Notes: a model not told the origin generated them from the sequence alone. Counted from the first letter of the whole stretch, positions 1 to 12,834 are shown. The stretch: DNA of 63,341 nt, filler included, from Ministeria vibrans ATCC 50519 (GCA_943704425.1; 9 parts of 9 records of this genome joined end to end with filler, not necessarily neighbours in it), one strand, 5' to 3'. Program-made: numbers and translations.

Positions 1-130
1 GGGGGGGTGTGGGGGTGTATGACTCTTTTCCTGCGTCCTCCTTTCTCTCTCTATCACTTTGTATCTTTTCCCCTTATTTCTCTCTCTCTCTCTCTGTTTG
101 CCTCTGATCCTTTTCTTCTTTCCGGCGTAG

Positions 131-757
131 TTGAATGCGCTAACCATCGACACCAACACCCGACTACTCGAAGCCACCTTTCCTTCTCTGGTCTCATCCG
201 ACGCAATCGACATTCTCTTCAACAGTGACCTCACTGCCTTGAATGTTCCGCTCCTTCAACGCGCTTGGCGTCAGTTTCGCTTCATTGCAAACTCAAAAGT
301 CCAAAATGTAAATGAGGGAGAACCAAAGAGACAACACACTCACATTCTTTCTGTTCTCGTAGATCACTCTCCCAGCGCTCACCAAAACTGTTCTTCTCGT
401 TGTGGACAATCCCGTTCTGAGCTCAGTTGATGCCCCCAAGTACAGGTACAAAGGCACCTCTAAGTCATTTCGCTCGTTTTATCTCATCGTGTGTGTCGTA
501 TAGAGTCGGTTCTCTTGTTGTATATCGAAATGGCGCTCTCAAGGTGAGTGTGGTTGGCATGGTTCATTGCGCTCACTTTCCTTTGAGATCTTTGCTCACT
601 TTGCTTTTTAGAATCTGTCATTTCCCAAGTACGCAAGCTGTGCCGTTACAGTCATTGGGGAAAACAACGTACTAGAGTCCCTCTCTTTTCCACGCTTGCA
701 AGCATGCTCCGGCGACGGTACACTCACACACGAAGCGCACACTGAGCATGCTCATAT

Positions 758-848
<91 letters not shown>

Positions 849-1046
849 TGCATATATGCATACATACGTACTTACCTCTCTCTCCGTCTTTTTTTTTCTC
901 TTACTTACTTGCTGTATTTTTGTTGTCTTTGTCCACTCTCTCTTTATCTGTTTTCTTTATCTGTTTTTATGATAAAATTTTGTAGAAAAACCGTCAGAAC
1001 ACCTGGCGACGGTGCTTCCGATGATGTCAATGGAATAGAATTGGGG
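131..1046 (+). CDS. Internal fragment of a multi-exon gene with receptor-L-domain/LRR-like repeats (probably extracellular)
   Basis: Short GT-AG-bounded exons encode recurring N-x-x-L-x(3-4)-(F/V/L/A)P-x-L units: NTRLLEATFPSL, NSDLTALNVPLL, NSKVQN|ITLPAL, NPVLSSVDAPKY, NGALK|NLSFPK. Both ends are missing. Confidence 0.4.
761..846. repeat. (CA)n(TA)n compound microsatellite in an intron
   Basis: Directly visible. Confidence 0.95.
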
Positions 1047-1058
1047 TACAAGAGAGTT

Positions 1059-1060
<2 letters not shown>

Positions 1061-1157
<97 letters not shown>
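1061..1157. repeat. (GA)n microsatellite at contig end
   Basis: Directly visible; abuts the spacer. Confidence 0.95.
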
Positions 1158-1257
1158 NNNNNNNNNNNNNNNNNNNNNNNNNNNNNNNNNNNNNNNNNNN
1201 NTTAATTAATTAANNNNNNNNNNNNNNNNNNNNNNNNNNNNNNNNNNNNNNNNNNNN
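1158..1257. other. Artificial contig-join spacer (100 nt, N-padded TTAATTAATTAA). The same spacer occurs at 12907-13006, 14647-14746, 23931-24030, 55130-55229, 56534-56633, 58702-58801 and 60836-60935
   Basis: Same length and same six-frame-stop palindrome embedded in Ns each time. Confidence 0.97.
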
Positions 1258-1282
1258 TATACACATCGAGGAACGTCAATTG

Positions 1283-2846
1283 CTACTTTCGCTTCTTCTT
1301 CTTGTTCTTGCGATTGCGACTGGACGAGGGCATTCGATCGTTGATTTTGAGGAGTGCTCCGTCGCGTATCATCTGCACTGCAATCCGCGCAATGTTGCGT
1401 GTGTCGTCGATCCCACTGTGCGCTCGTCCCTATCAAAAGTACGAATTAATAACACGATACGTACAAAAAGTAATTATAATTAATGATGATTCTCACGTCA
1501 AACTCCTTCCCAAGCGCTGACAGCATTCCCTGCAGATTGGTCCGCTCACAGTCGTAAAAGTGCGGAAAGGCACGTCGCAAATTAACCCACTCGGTGGACC
1601 AACCGGGTCTCTACAAATGGGCACAACGAGTGAGAGACCATCGCACTTTTCGCATTGTTGGTTACTCCGTCGCTCTTGATGTGCCTCAGTTGCAGTGTAA
1701 AAAAGTCACGAAAGTCCCAAGGACCATCGGTCACAAATGCAAAGGATCGGCCCGTCCGATTGTGTAGATTGTGTTCGGTCAGCCACTCGTTCACTTGCAC
1801 CAAAACCTCCTGCAACAATCGTGTCAATTTTGTTTTGTTTCGTACATTCTCCATTGTCTCGCTTTTCTTCTGTCACTGCAGTTGCTCTCTCTTTGACTTG
1901 TCACACACACACACACACTCTCTCTCTCTCTCTCGCTCATTTCTTTTTATCTTTTGGGTTAGTGTACGGAAAAGGTATCTGCTTTGTCGACTGTCTCCTG
2001 TGTGATTCCTGTCAGTTCTGTGCAGAACTCGGTGAGCTTTGGGTTCTATGTGCGTGCAAGTTTCAAGTGTTATTTGAGAATCCTCCATTGCGCGTGCTCG
2101 TACCAGTCGAGGACGAACGTAGGCGTGAAACTCGTCTTCAAATTCCAATGTACGCGCATTGACCATGACAATGGGAAACTCGATAATCTCGTGACTGCAA
2201 CAGAGAGAGAGTGTGTCAACGATCAAATCACCGCCTCCACACTTGCACTGACGGATAAGTGTCACGGGGACTGTCTCGTTCGCAGGTGGCTTCAAAATCA
2301 CACACCAGGTAATAGTCAAAGGGGACGGGGCGGTCGGGGGCAGCGGGCGCAGCGCGTCCTTTGCCCTTGCCTTTGCTGTCGTGTAAACATGCGCGTGCCA
2401 GCGACTCCACCAACGACGCGTCGCGCGCCGCCTCGTACAGCGCCACTGTGTCGTCGGAAAGACGCAGCTCGCGTATAAGTGCAGCATCTCCGTTGCTCAC
2501 GCGTGTCTATGGAGACGAGCGGAGTGCATCAGAGCAAGAGAGGTGAGTTATGAAACCATTTCGTTCGTTTACCTTGAAAACGGTTCGTAGCCTTCGTCGG
2601 ATGATCTCTTGTGCGCCCTTTGGGTCGCTACCAAGGTCTGCTAGCCTCTCTCGCAGCTCCCCCTCGCTCAATCGGCCGATAAAGCGAGCAATGGCCAACT
2701 CCTACAATGACATTCCATTTATGTTTGTTCGACCGCTCACAACTTTATGTTTTGTCTCTCCGCACCAACTGCTGCTCGGGTGTCATGTCATCAATGCACG
2801 GACGTGGTGCCTTCCCAGACTGTAGATCACTCGAAGACGAAGCCAT
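1283..2846 (-). CDS. ERI1: ERI1/3'hExo-like DEDDh 3'-5' exoribonuclease with SAP-like N-terminal region (multi-exon)
   Basis: Exons encode MASSSSDLQ..., LSEGELRERLADLG (SAP-like), FDYYLVCDFEATCE (ExoI), HEIIEFPIV, EFHAYVRP, FAFVTDGPWDFRDF (ExoII), WVNLRRAF and GRAHSGIDDTRNIARI (ExoIII). Stop TAG at 1283-1285. Confidence 0.9.
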
Positions 2847-3420
2847 GAAAACAAAAATGGACAAAAAGTGGATCACCGCTGTGTCACCTCGAATGTCATT
2901 ATATCAATATAATAATTATAATAATTATTTATAAATTATAATAGAGACGGGGGGAGATCTAGCTGCACAGACGTGTTTAAATTGTACAATGTACGTGACC
3001 TCATTTTGGTACGAAGACATCAAAATATTATACCACAGTCACACCATGCAACAGTTGAGACTTGAGAAATGACGGGCAATGTGAGCGCAGAGAGAGTTAC
3101 AAGTCACTACAATTTACATCACTACAAGGGAATAAGTCTCCTGCGAGAACGATTGAAACAACATCGAGATTCTTCTTGATACCTTTTGTGACCAAAATTT
3201 AAGGTCCATAATGAATAAACCGCCCTCCTCTCGCGCACGTGCACACAGTACAATTGTACTTGGTGTTGAATCATGTTAATATGCATACCATGTGCACACC
3301 CGATACCTTCCGTTTCATAGAGATAAGAAAGAGTCTTACGTACACAGATTTCCCACCATTCTTCTGAAGTCTGAACTGTGTGAACTCTAAACCTCGACTG
3401 ATTGTATATAATATTCGATC

Positions 3421-4255
3421 TCACACAGTTATACTCTCAAATCCGGCAATCAGCTGCTCAATTGTGGTCCGCTGCTCCGGCGCCAGTGTCGCTGCGCCGT
3501 CCAGCAATGACTTGACGCCCACAGGCAGCCCAGTGATGCGCGGAAGCAGCGATGGACGACCCTCGCTCACCAGTTGCTCAAGCACCTTGGCAAACGCGCC
3601 ACGGCGCAATTCCGTGTCTTCCAGGCAATGTGTGCCGCACCACACCTCCCACAGCACAAAAGCTACCTGAAACGCATCGCTGAGCGCGCTCCAGTACCCT
3701 TGACCAGCGCGCGTCTCCGGGGGCGCTGAGCCTGTCGGCAGCACGATATGCCGACGCTCCACATAGCTTGCCACCGAAGTGCCCGGCAGGCACGTCGTAC
3801 CCACACGCTCGGAGAGGCCCAGATCACCCACCTTGACCACCAAGTCGTTCGCGTGCCTGCCAAACACAAGGAGGTTGCGCGCGGCCACGTCACGATGCAC
3901 AAACCCATGCACATGCATGTGCCGCAGTCCAGCCAGGATGTGTAAGCTGATGCGTTGCCGCTGTGTGGCTGTCAGAGGTGGTCGCTCCGGTGCTGGCGCG
4001 CCGTGAGGCTGAAGTCGCCGCTGCAGAAACGATTCCAGCGAGTAGCGTCCTTTCTCCAGCGCCAGGCAGGTCCGCGTGGTCGCGCACAAAGCGGCGCTCC
4101 GTTGCTTCCGCCAGCAGCTCGTCCATGTACAATAGCACCGGGGTGTTTGGCTTAGCCAGCCAGTCCTGCAGACGCAGCCAGCCGACAGCGACGTGCCCAA
4201 GCTGTTCCGCCGGACTTACCACTCCTTTGAGAGACTTTTTCTCTCCACCCACCAA
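3421..4255 (-). pseudogene. Tyrosine-kinase-like catalytic domain, apparently frameshifted or N-terminally incomplete
   Basis: FVHRDVAARNLLV, VKVGDLGLS, LPTGSAPPE and SDAFQVAFVLWEV lie in ORF 3421-4200. The upstream N-lobe-like text (KPNTPVLLYMDE) is in another frame, and no in-frame GxGxxG/VAxK is seen. Confidence 0.6.
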
Positions 4256-4468
4256 TCAAGGCTTCTACTATGACTTGCAATTGAACTTTACACTCCTTGC
4301 CGACAGACACCTTCATGGTGCCAGAGCCCTAAGTCCCCACTGAGGGTACAGCGTGTTATATGCATTGCGATTGTCTCACTGCATATCGATGACACATGTT
4401 CCTCTGACCTATCACTATGGGAGTTTCGGTTTGAATTGTTCTTCTTTATTTTTATAGTAATAGTAATT

Positions 4469-5148
4469 TTAGTCGTCAATAAATTCTTGAATATCATCAT
4501 CGTCGTCGGCACGTCCAACGCCAGCTCGTGCCTACCAAGCACAGATCAGATGTAGAAAAGAGTGATGGAAGAGAGAAAGAAATAGAGAGAGAGAGAAAGA
4601 GAGAAAGAGAAAGAGAGTCTTAGCAAACTTGTCATGAGTTGTGCATTGTCACTTACCTCATGTGCACTATAGATAGGAATGCCTAGCTCGCGCTGGATTG
4701 TGTCAAGAAGCTCCTGTGAAACATAGTAAGGCAGGTCGACCGAGGGCATGCGCTGATGCAGCTGGTCGATAAATCCATACGCCTGCCGATAGTCCCCCCT
4801 ACCAGAAAAAATAAGTAGATCAGCTGAATGTATCTCATCTATATAGATCCGGTTCTGCAGCGCTAGCCTGATCCGACGTACTTGCCACATGCGACTGAAA
4901 CCAGCACACCATACACGTCCCCAATACGCACTGCCTCGTCTGTGTCCCTCTCACCCAACAGTTCCTAAGGATAGAATCAGCCATGTAATGACACACTCTG
5001 GGGGATGAACTTTGTTATTATGAATATTTTTTTGCGTTACCAGACACTCTTTGATTGCACCATCGGGATTCCCGCGCGCATTGCGCTTCAGCTGCACAAA
5101 CTGCTTCACCAAATGAATGCGATGCTCCAGAGACGCAATCCGCTCATT
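4469..5148 (-). CDS. IFT140: IFT140 C-terminal four exons (approx. 5148-5041, 4965-4881, 4799-4657, 4531-4469)
   Basis: The spliced product NERIASLEHRIHLVKQFVQLKR...ECL|ELLGERDTDEAVRIGDVYGVLV...K|GDYRQAYGFIDQLHQRMPSVDLPYYVSQELLDTIQRELGIP...DDIQEFIDD* matches the IFT140 C-terminus as recalled (RIGDVYG; YYVS). Confidence 0.85.
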
Positions 5149-5259
5149 CTAGGCACACAACAAATAAGATACACACGCACACGAACAACACATGTATGCA
5201 CAATAAAAGATCAATCCATAAGCCACACATGATGGACACAGACACACCACAAAGACACA

Positions 5260-5330
<71 letters not shown>
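5260..5330. repeat. (CA)n microsatellite followed by degenerate CACTAATCACTC-type repeats to about 5450
   Basis: Directly visible. Confidence 0.9.
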
Positions 5331-5534
5331 CACTTGCACACTAATCACTCAAGCACTACTCACTCACCTACTATTCACTCGCACACTAATCACTCACGCA
5401 CTAACCACCCTCACACCAATCACTCACGCACATGCTAACCACTCGCGCGCACACCGACTCCCTAAACTCGTATTGTTACACTTTTTTTTTGCGCGACAGG
5501 CAAACAACTACGAAGAGATTGCAAAGAGCGACCA

Positions 5535-7715
5535 GATGTCTCATTTGGACGTGCGTGTCCGCCAATTGCTTGACCAAGTCCAGCAGATTGCTCGCGAGCA
5601 GTCCTACCAGCGCCAACGCGAACTCCACTTCAGAGAGGTCAACATATAAAAAACAACAACAAAAAAAGAAACCGAGAAGTAACGCGCTCTTTTCTTGTTT
5701 CTTAGGTGTCTGAAACGACCAACTCGCGTGTGCTGTGGTGGTCTGTTGCGCAAACACTCGTTCTCGTTGCAATGGGTTTTTGGCAGCTGCGTCACCTCAA
5801 AACGTTTTTCCGCGCAAAGAAACTCGTTTAAGCCCACTCACTCCAACGACACTCAAATTAACAATAATAATAATTATTATTATGTGTTGTCATTCTTTCA
5901 AATGCACTTACACATTTACATCTTCTTTACACGTTGTGTCCGCTGGCTCATCACTCGTTCCAGTTCTGTCTCCAGCCTTTCCATTTCCATCAAAAGTTGT
6001 GTTTTCTTCGCCAAAAGTGTTTCTGGCGCCAAACTCGCAGCCTCTCCCAAAATCCCACTCACCTCCCTTACTGCCTTTCTCCTACGCCCCACACAATTCA
6101 TTTCTTGAGTTTTCGTTTTTTTTTTTTTGTTTGTACCTCTGATCAATTAAGCGGTCCATTTGAAGACACTTATTGCGTATTTGGTCCTGAACGAGATTGC
6201 GCTGGGCCGAACGGGACTCAATACGGTCGATACACAATCGTCCACTGATCGCACTCTCATTTGCGCGCTCTCTCTCTTCTCTCAAGTGACTCTCCGACCC
6301 ATTGGCTCTCTCTTCGCTTCCCCTCCCAATCGATTGTGCGCTCAGCACAATCCGTTTGCACTTTCCCATTCGTTTCCGCTCGGCCGAAATCAATAACGAC
6401 ACAAACTCAAATCGACTCAATTGACCAAATAGCACAGACACAATCTGAAAGAGAAGAAAAGAAAAAGGTTGAATTGAGTGCCAATCAGAACCAAAAAAAA
6501 ATACCAAATCAAGTTGATTTGCCATTTTGGAGAGTTTGGCCTTTTGGTGAGCGAGACGAGCAAGTGAGGGTCCTGTGCGCTCCATTGTCTCTCGTTCCTT
6601 CTCGCTCAGTCGTCTGACTTGTGCTATTTTCCGTTTGCGCTCAGCACTCAATCGCTCAAAACGGTCTCGTTCGACCGACAGTGATTGACTACGAACAGAC
6701 AGTCTCGTTTGGTGTGTGCCTCTCGCTGTCAGTTTGTCTCACCTGAGTGTCGCCAGAGTGGGTGTGTCGGGCTGTCCAAAGACGGAATCGGCCGCCAGTT
6801 GAGCAGCAGTGCGACGGAAATGGGCAATGGTCGCAGTGACTTGGGCTGAGCGGCAGAGCAACTCAGTGTGCCGGATCCGCACTGCGCAGAGACGGGCCGG
6901 CGACGGATGCGCGACGCACGCAGTGGACACTGTGGGATCATGTGTAGTGCCATTTGTCTGCTGTGTGAGCGCTGTGAGTCGTTTGATGAGCGACTCTTCT
7001 GCGCTGCGCAGTGCTGTGCGGTCTGTCTGTGCAATCCACATACGTTGTGTGGGGTCGCTCAAGCGTGCTGCCGCCTCTCTTAGACGTTCTAAGCTCGCAT
7101 CAAGATGTTCGCCAGCGCGTGCCACACTCGCCTGCAAGACGTCAATAGCGTTGGCGGGCGTTGCAGCAGCCGGTCCGCTCCACTCGGCGTCCGCCTCCTC
7201 TTCTACGACGCGCCTAAACAAAGCGAAAGAGTCTCACACACAAAAACACACTGCCGCCATTTGGTAGCCGCGCTCTCGGGCTACGTACTTGGCAGAACGG
7301 GCGGTGTCGCGCAGGCGAGAGAGCTCTTGTTCGGCATCGCGCACTTCCGCTTGTGCGTCGCAAAGAAGTTCTCTGTCAACAGAGAGAGAGAGAGAGAGAG
7401 AGTGAGAGAGAGAGAGAGAGAGTGTGTGTGTGTGTGTGTGTGGATCAGTGGAACAACTAGAGAAGGAGAGGATCACGAGTGCGGTTACTGTTCGTGCATC
7501 GCAGCGCGAGAAGAGCCCGGCGGCGGTGGGTCCTGGACGGAGGGAGGCGGTGAGAAGGAAGGGGGAAAGGGCAAACGGGATCGCTGTACCAAAATGAACT
7601 TCAACAGCGATTCAAACTGAGCGCTGGCAAGATCACGCTCGACAACGCTGACATCAGGAACGGTGGGGCAGCCCAAGCCCCTGAGGTGCGCGACAAACCG
7701 TTCAGCGAGACTCAT
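5535..7715 (-). CDS. Multi-exon coiled-coil protein, possibly an augmin/HAUS subunit (HAUS3/HAUS5-like); 3' end not found
   Basis: ATG at 7715 after an AT-rich leader. N-terminus [17 protein letters not shown]...FESLLKFIL resembles the HAUS3 start as recalled (FVxxLxxxGxP...ESFLKWF). Several heptad-rich exons follow. Confidence 0.4.
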
Positions 7716-7958
7716 TAAATGATCTATTAATTAATATTTGAGTTTGAATTGGAAACTTTGAACTTTCATCAACATTAATACATTTGACGCACCGCGCGCA
7801 CGCGATACGTCATAATACAAATGATCTCTCTTCTTTTGAGGCAGGGTGTCCCGAGTTTGCAGAAATTCGGATCAGTCGGATGTACCAGTTTATTTCACTT
7901 AAGAAATCAAACAACGGAAAGCGCCACTGCGAACCCCAAGCGAAAGCAACAACGAAGA

Positions 7959-8559
7959 ATGGCAGCTGTGAAATTGACGGCAGAGGAGCGCACAGCGGCG
8001 CTTGGCAAGCTGGCAGGATGGACGGAAGTTGACGGACGCGACGCCATCTACAAGGTGCGTCTGTGCCCCTGTGCCCGCCGCGCGCGGGACTGCCTGCGCG
8101 CGGGGGGCTGCGTGTTGCTGTGACGCGTGTTGTGGGGCGCGCGGGGGGGGCTGAAGAGGACGTCCTTTGAGCTCACTGTTTGCGATAGTGTGTGTTGTTC
8201 GTTCGTGATGTCTCTGTGCATGTGAAGGGCCATTGCGCCGCCTGTGCGAGTATGTGTGTGTCGCGCATGGGCGTGTAGGTGTGGGCATGCGCAGTTGCAT
8301 GTGCTGCGCGCGTGTGCACTGCTGGCTTGACGGCATTTGGCTCATACGATGTGTCTTTCAACAGGAGTTCACCTTCAGCGACTTCAACGCTGCCTTTGGC
8401 TTTATGACGCGAGTGGCACTGCGCGCCGACAAGGTCGACCACCACCCGGAGTGGTTCAACGTGTACAACCGAGTGAACATCACCCTGGCGACCCACGAGT
8501 GCTCGGGCGTCTCTCAGCGCGATGTTGACATGGCAACCTTCATTGACTCGCTGCTGTAA
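7959..8559 (+). CDS. PCBD1: Pterin-4a-carbinolamine dehydratase (2 exons; intron 8055-8364)
   Basis: [11 protein letters not shown]...[13 protein letters not shown]|[53 protein letters not shown]; HHPEW signature. Confidence 0.96.
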
Positions 8560-9382
8560 ACATATTGGAATACACCATGGCTCCAGTACGGGCCCTGCAT
8601 ATCGCTGTGAGACTGTGATGGTGGACAGTGGACAGTGTGGGGTTAAATGTCTGCCGAATGTTTCTTCATGAGGTAGATACAGAGGATAGGGAGTAGAGCT
8701 CGTTTGGACATACTCAGAGTTGAAATAATTATAATAATTATTATTGTATTGATTTTGTCATTATGTCATCCGAAATTCAAAATAAATAATTATTATTCAA
8801 TTTTTTTAACATATTTGTAATCCCACATGGGTAACACGCACCCTGCTAACCGGGTGGCTCTGTCGCGCGCCGAAAGGCAGTTCCTTGCTAATCACCTTGT
8901 GAAGGTTTGTCTCTTGGCCCACCCACAGCTGCTCTCTTCATCTGCTGTTTTATGCAGCTCCCCTGCCATAGCGTCGGGCACACGTGGACCCGATCGTGCG
9001 TAGGCGCGTGGAAAACGCTGTTTGTCGATGTCTTTAAGGTACAGCGAGACAAACAAGTGTGACGCAAAAATGAAACTTGCCACTTTTCTCAGTATGGTCT
9101 CAAGCTGTACTCTCCGGTGTTCTTTGTGCCTGCGCTACTTGCTCGAAAGTCCCCTTACGACATGCTCACCAAGACGCTTCCTTCGACGCTCCGCTCGTCC
9201 TTCTTTCTCGGCGTGTTTGCGGGCTCCTTCTGCTTCTTCCACTGTGCCGTGCGGTACGCCTTTCCTGCCCCTCCTCCCCCCCCCGCTCCNNNNNNNNNNG
9301 GGGGAGGAGGGGGGGGCAGGAGCAACCCGAGCGAGATTGATATTATTGATTGTCTTTTGTCTTTTGGTTGTTGCGGTCTTAC

Positions 9383-12300
9383 ATGATGCTCAACGGCAAG
9401 GCGAAGGGCGTGGTTGAAGCACGAGGCTTGCCCGAAGCTCTGAATGGCCTTGGCATAGTCCCCGGCAATCTCGTACTGTTGGCCCAGGTAGTAGTGTGCG
9501 GCGGGGTCGTCGGTGCGAGCTGCCACGTCCGCCGCCGTATTGAGGTCGCCCTGCAAACACGCCAGACGCACGAGTGACAAGTGGTCGCGCGCCGCCTCAT
9601 AGTACTTCTTGGCGGCAACCAAATCACCCTCCACCTCTGCAAATTGCGCCCACCACTTGCGCAGCGCACGGTCGTTGCTGCGTCGCACATACTGCTCCAG
9701 CTCGGGCAAGCGCGAACCCAACATGCGCGGCACCTCAAAGACGTGCACACGCGCCGCCTCGTAGTGCGCCGTCGCTCCCTGTGTGTCTCCTCCTTCCTCG
9801 CAGTGCCGTCCATGTGCATACTCGACCGAGCGCACTGACATGCGGTCGTGCTTGTGGGCAATCTGAAGCGCCTCACTCCATCGATTGCTCGCCTCAAGCA
9901 TCCGCACAAGTAAGTCCCACCGCCCACACCCTCGAAACAGCTTCTCAGCATCCTCATACATGTCCAGGTGCATCGCCAAAATACCAACTCGAGCGTCCAG
10001 TTCCGTCTCGCGCAAACTCTCGCGCAGCGCGCGCGCAGCCGCCGTCTTGCGCGAGTGTCCCAGACACACCGCGGCCACGTCGAGTCGTTTCGTTTTGACA
10101 CACATGCGCGCCATGTTGTCCCACACGCCGTCCGACTTGATAAGCCGCACCGCCCGAAACGCACCGTCCATGTTGCCCACCGTCAGGTGATATGCAAAAT
10201 CTGTCATGGCCTTGCGCAGCGCCTCGTTGCACTCGTCGACACCAACAAAATCGCGCATGGTGTACGCAACGACGTGCACCAGCTCCTGGGCCTTGGCGCC
10301 CATCGGTCCCTCGGCCCCTCGGCGTCGTCGTCGTTTCTCGCGATGTTGCTCCTTGCGCTTCTGCGCCTGCTCCTGCACTTTGCGTTCCATGTCTTCGACG
10401 TCGTCGTCGTCCGCCTCGTTTGCCGGTCGAATCACCTTGCGGTTGGGCGTGCCCGCCTGGACTATCGAATCGTTGTCGTCGGTTGGCGCAGCAGCAGTGC
10501 CTGTCATGGCTGCCACGTCGCCGGGCGGGCGTGCCACATAGTAGTAAGGCACCTCGACGCCAAGAAGATCGCCCACGTTAGCCGAGTCGGGCAAAGGCAG
10601 GGCATCGTGCATGAGTACCCCGGCGTCGGTGGTGCCAAAGAGCGACACAAGGTCGAGGGCAATGCGACCATCACGACGCGTGCGCGCCTCGCACACAACA
10701 AGGCGTGGATCGTGTGCGTCCCAGCGGTGGTTCACCGGGAAGCGACCATGCTTGCTAAAGTCGTGCGCGTCCACCGTGTCTGTCTCGACATCCCACAGAT
10801 GCAGGCGCGTGTCGATGCCGCCAAATGACGTGGTGCCCGTTGTGAGACAGCTAATCTTGGTGCCCGCACAGTTGACGCGTACCGAAATGATCGCGAGCAC
10901 ACCAGGAATCTTTTCGAGAAGGTTTTTGGAACGGCCGACGGGACGCGACTCGGCGCGACGACTCACGTCAAAGACACGCACCACGCCATAGGTAGTGCCC
11001 ACCACAAGCCACGTGTTGCACAGGTCGAGGGTGACCGGATCACCCTCGCCCTGCCCAAGCGCCAGTGTGTGCTTGGCGCCGCCCTGCAGCGAGTAGGCCA
11101 TCACCTTGCCGTCGACACAGGCAAAGATGGTGTCACGTGTCATGCACACCACACTGGTAGTACACTCAAAGCATCCAATGCGCGCCAACTTGATCCCCTT
11201 GGCGCCTGACGCCGTGCCAGTGGTGCGCCGCAGCGAGCGATTAAACGCCTCGTCGTCGTCGTCGACGCCAATTTCGTCGTCAAACTCACCCTCGCCCCGG
11301 TCGCCCCCTTCGTCCTCGGGCACAATCGCATACGACTCAATCTTCTTGCCACTCCACACACAGAGCGACTCGACACCCACGGCGACACCACGCACGCGGA
11401 TTGTGGTGGACACCTCAAAGGGAGGCGGTCGTCGGTCGTCTGCGTCCTGAGCCTCGCCCTTCAATTTTGAGCCCATCTTGGTGGTTGGGGACTCGGACTC
11501 GGGCGCATAGCGTTCGACAGCAATGCGCTCGCTGCCTGTCTGCATCACTGCAACACCCGCACGAAAATGCCGTGCCATGATCTGTTCGCTGAGCACTCGC
11601 GCGCTCTGGGCGCCCGTCACCGCCAGCAGATTGCGACGCGTGTGCCACTCAACCTTGGCAATCTTGGGTGCGTTTAAATTTGACGAGGCACTCAAGTTCA
11701 ATGAAATGGACGCACCGCCATGGTACGCAAGAAACACAAAGATTGCATCCTTGTCATCGTCATCGTCATCATCATCCTCATTGTTGTTGTTGTTTTTGCC
11801 CATGACTTGGAGCGAGTTGCTGGCTGCGCTTCCAGCGACGCCCGTAGCACGCCACAGAACGACGTGTCCGCCGCGAGTACCCGCACACAACACGTTGCGC
11901 ATCGGGTTGAACGAGAGGGTGACGACTGAGTCGCTCTCCAGGTTGACCGTGCTGTCACGGCCTGCTGAGAGTGCCAGAACGTGCGCCTCGTCGTGCTCGA
12001 GGTCCCACACGCGCACACACGCCTCCTGAGCACTTGCCGTTGCAAGCAGGCCCGCACCGACCCAACACGCGTCTGTAGGATTTGCTCCGCTGCTCAGCTT
12101 GACTTCAGAGATGCGACGTGCTGGGCGGTCGGTTGTCACCTGGTACTTGGACAGCGTCATGGTTGTTGTGAGGGCCACAAGCATGTCGCGTCCTTCGTAA
12201 AACAGGAGCGCCTGCAAAGGAGCCTTGGCGGAGAAGGCGGGTACACATGTGCCGTGATCGTCGGCAAGAAAGACGGAGCCATCGGCACAGGCAAAGTAGA

Positions 12301-12834
12301 AGGGTGCACGATTTTGCTGTTGTTGTTGTTGTTGTTGTTGTTGCTGTTGCTGTTGCTGTTGCGCCGAACCAAACGCCGCCATGAAACCCCCAAAGAGCTG
12401 ACCGAAGCCTGCCTGTAGATCGGAGAAGTCGATCTTGTCAATAAGCAACGCCCGGAAGCAGGCGTGGGAGACGGCTGTCTTGTTGCGGTACTGGCACTTG
12501 GCGGCGAAGCGACCGCGCTGGTCCACCTGCCACACGCCCACCACGCCGTCCGCGTCGCCCGTGACCACACGCGCCCCATTGAAGCTCCACTCGATCACCG
12601 TAATGGGCGCTTTGTGAACAGAGTTCTCTTCGTGCAGCACGCGATCTCGGTCGTTCCACAGCGACACGACGCCTTAATCGTATGAATTAATGAAAGGGAG
12701 GCGTTTGAAAAGTTTGGGCCTAAGTTCACTGTACCGTTCTTCCAGCCAACGGCAATCAGCGGCCTTGTGGGGTGCCACTTGAGAAGCGTGATTTCGCTAG
12801 GGTTGGTGATGGAGACGTCGGGTAGGCATTCGCC
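9383..12834 (-). CDS. IFT140: IFT140 N-terminal and middle part (WD40 + TPR); 5' end cut by spacer, last exon ends at GTAAG donor near the 10-N gap
   Basis: WHPTRPLIAVGW, MRDFVG, GNMDGAFRAVRLIKSDGVWDNMARMCVKTKRLDVAAVCLG and LRKWWAQFAE. Confidence 0.95.

Noticed and set aside
1202-1213. Recurring TTAATTAATTAA palindrome
   Set aside because: Always inside 100-nt N spacers; an artificial linker, not a biological repeat.
4546-4890. 114-aa ORF as the N-terminus of the kinase
   Set aside because: Its coding part is an IFT140 C-terminal exon flanked by introns.
9155-9382. C-terminal extension of the 1170-aa ORF
   Set aside because: Reads through a GTAAG donor and the 10-N gap; not IFT140-like. 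The 8890-9290 segment could not be assigned.
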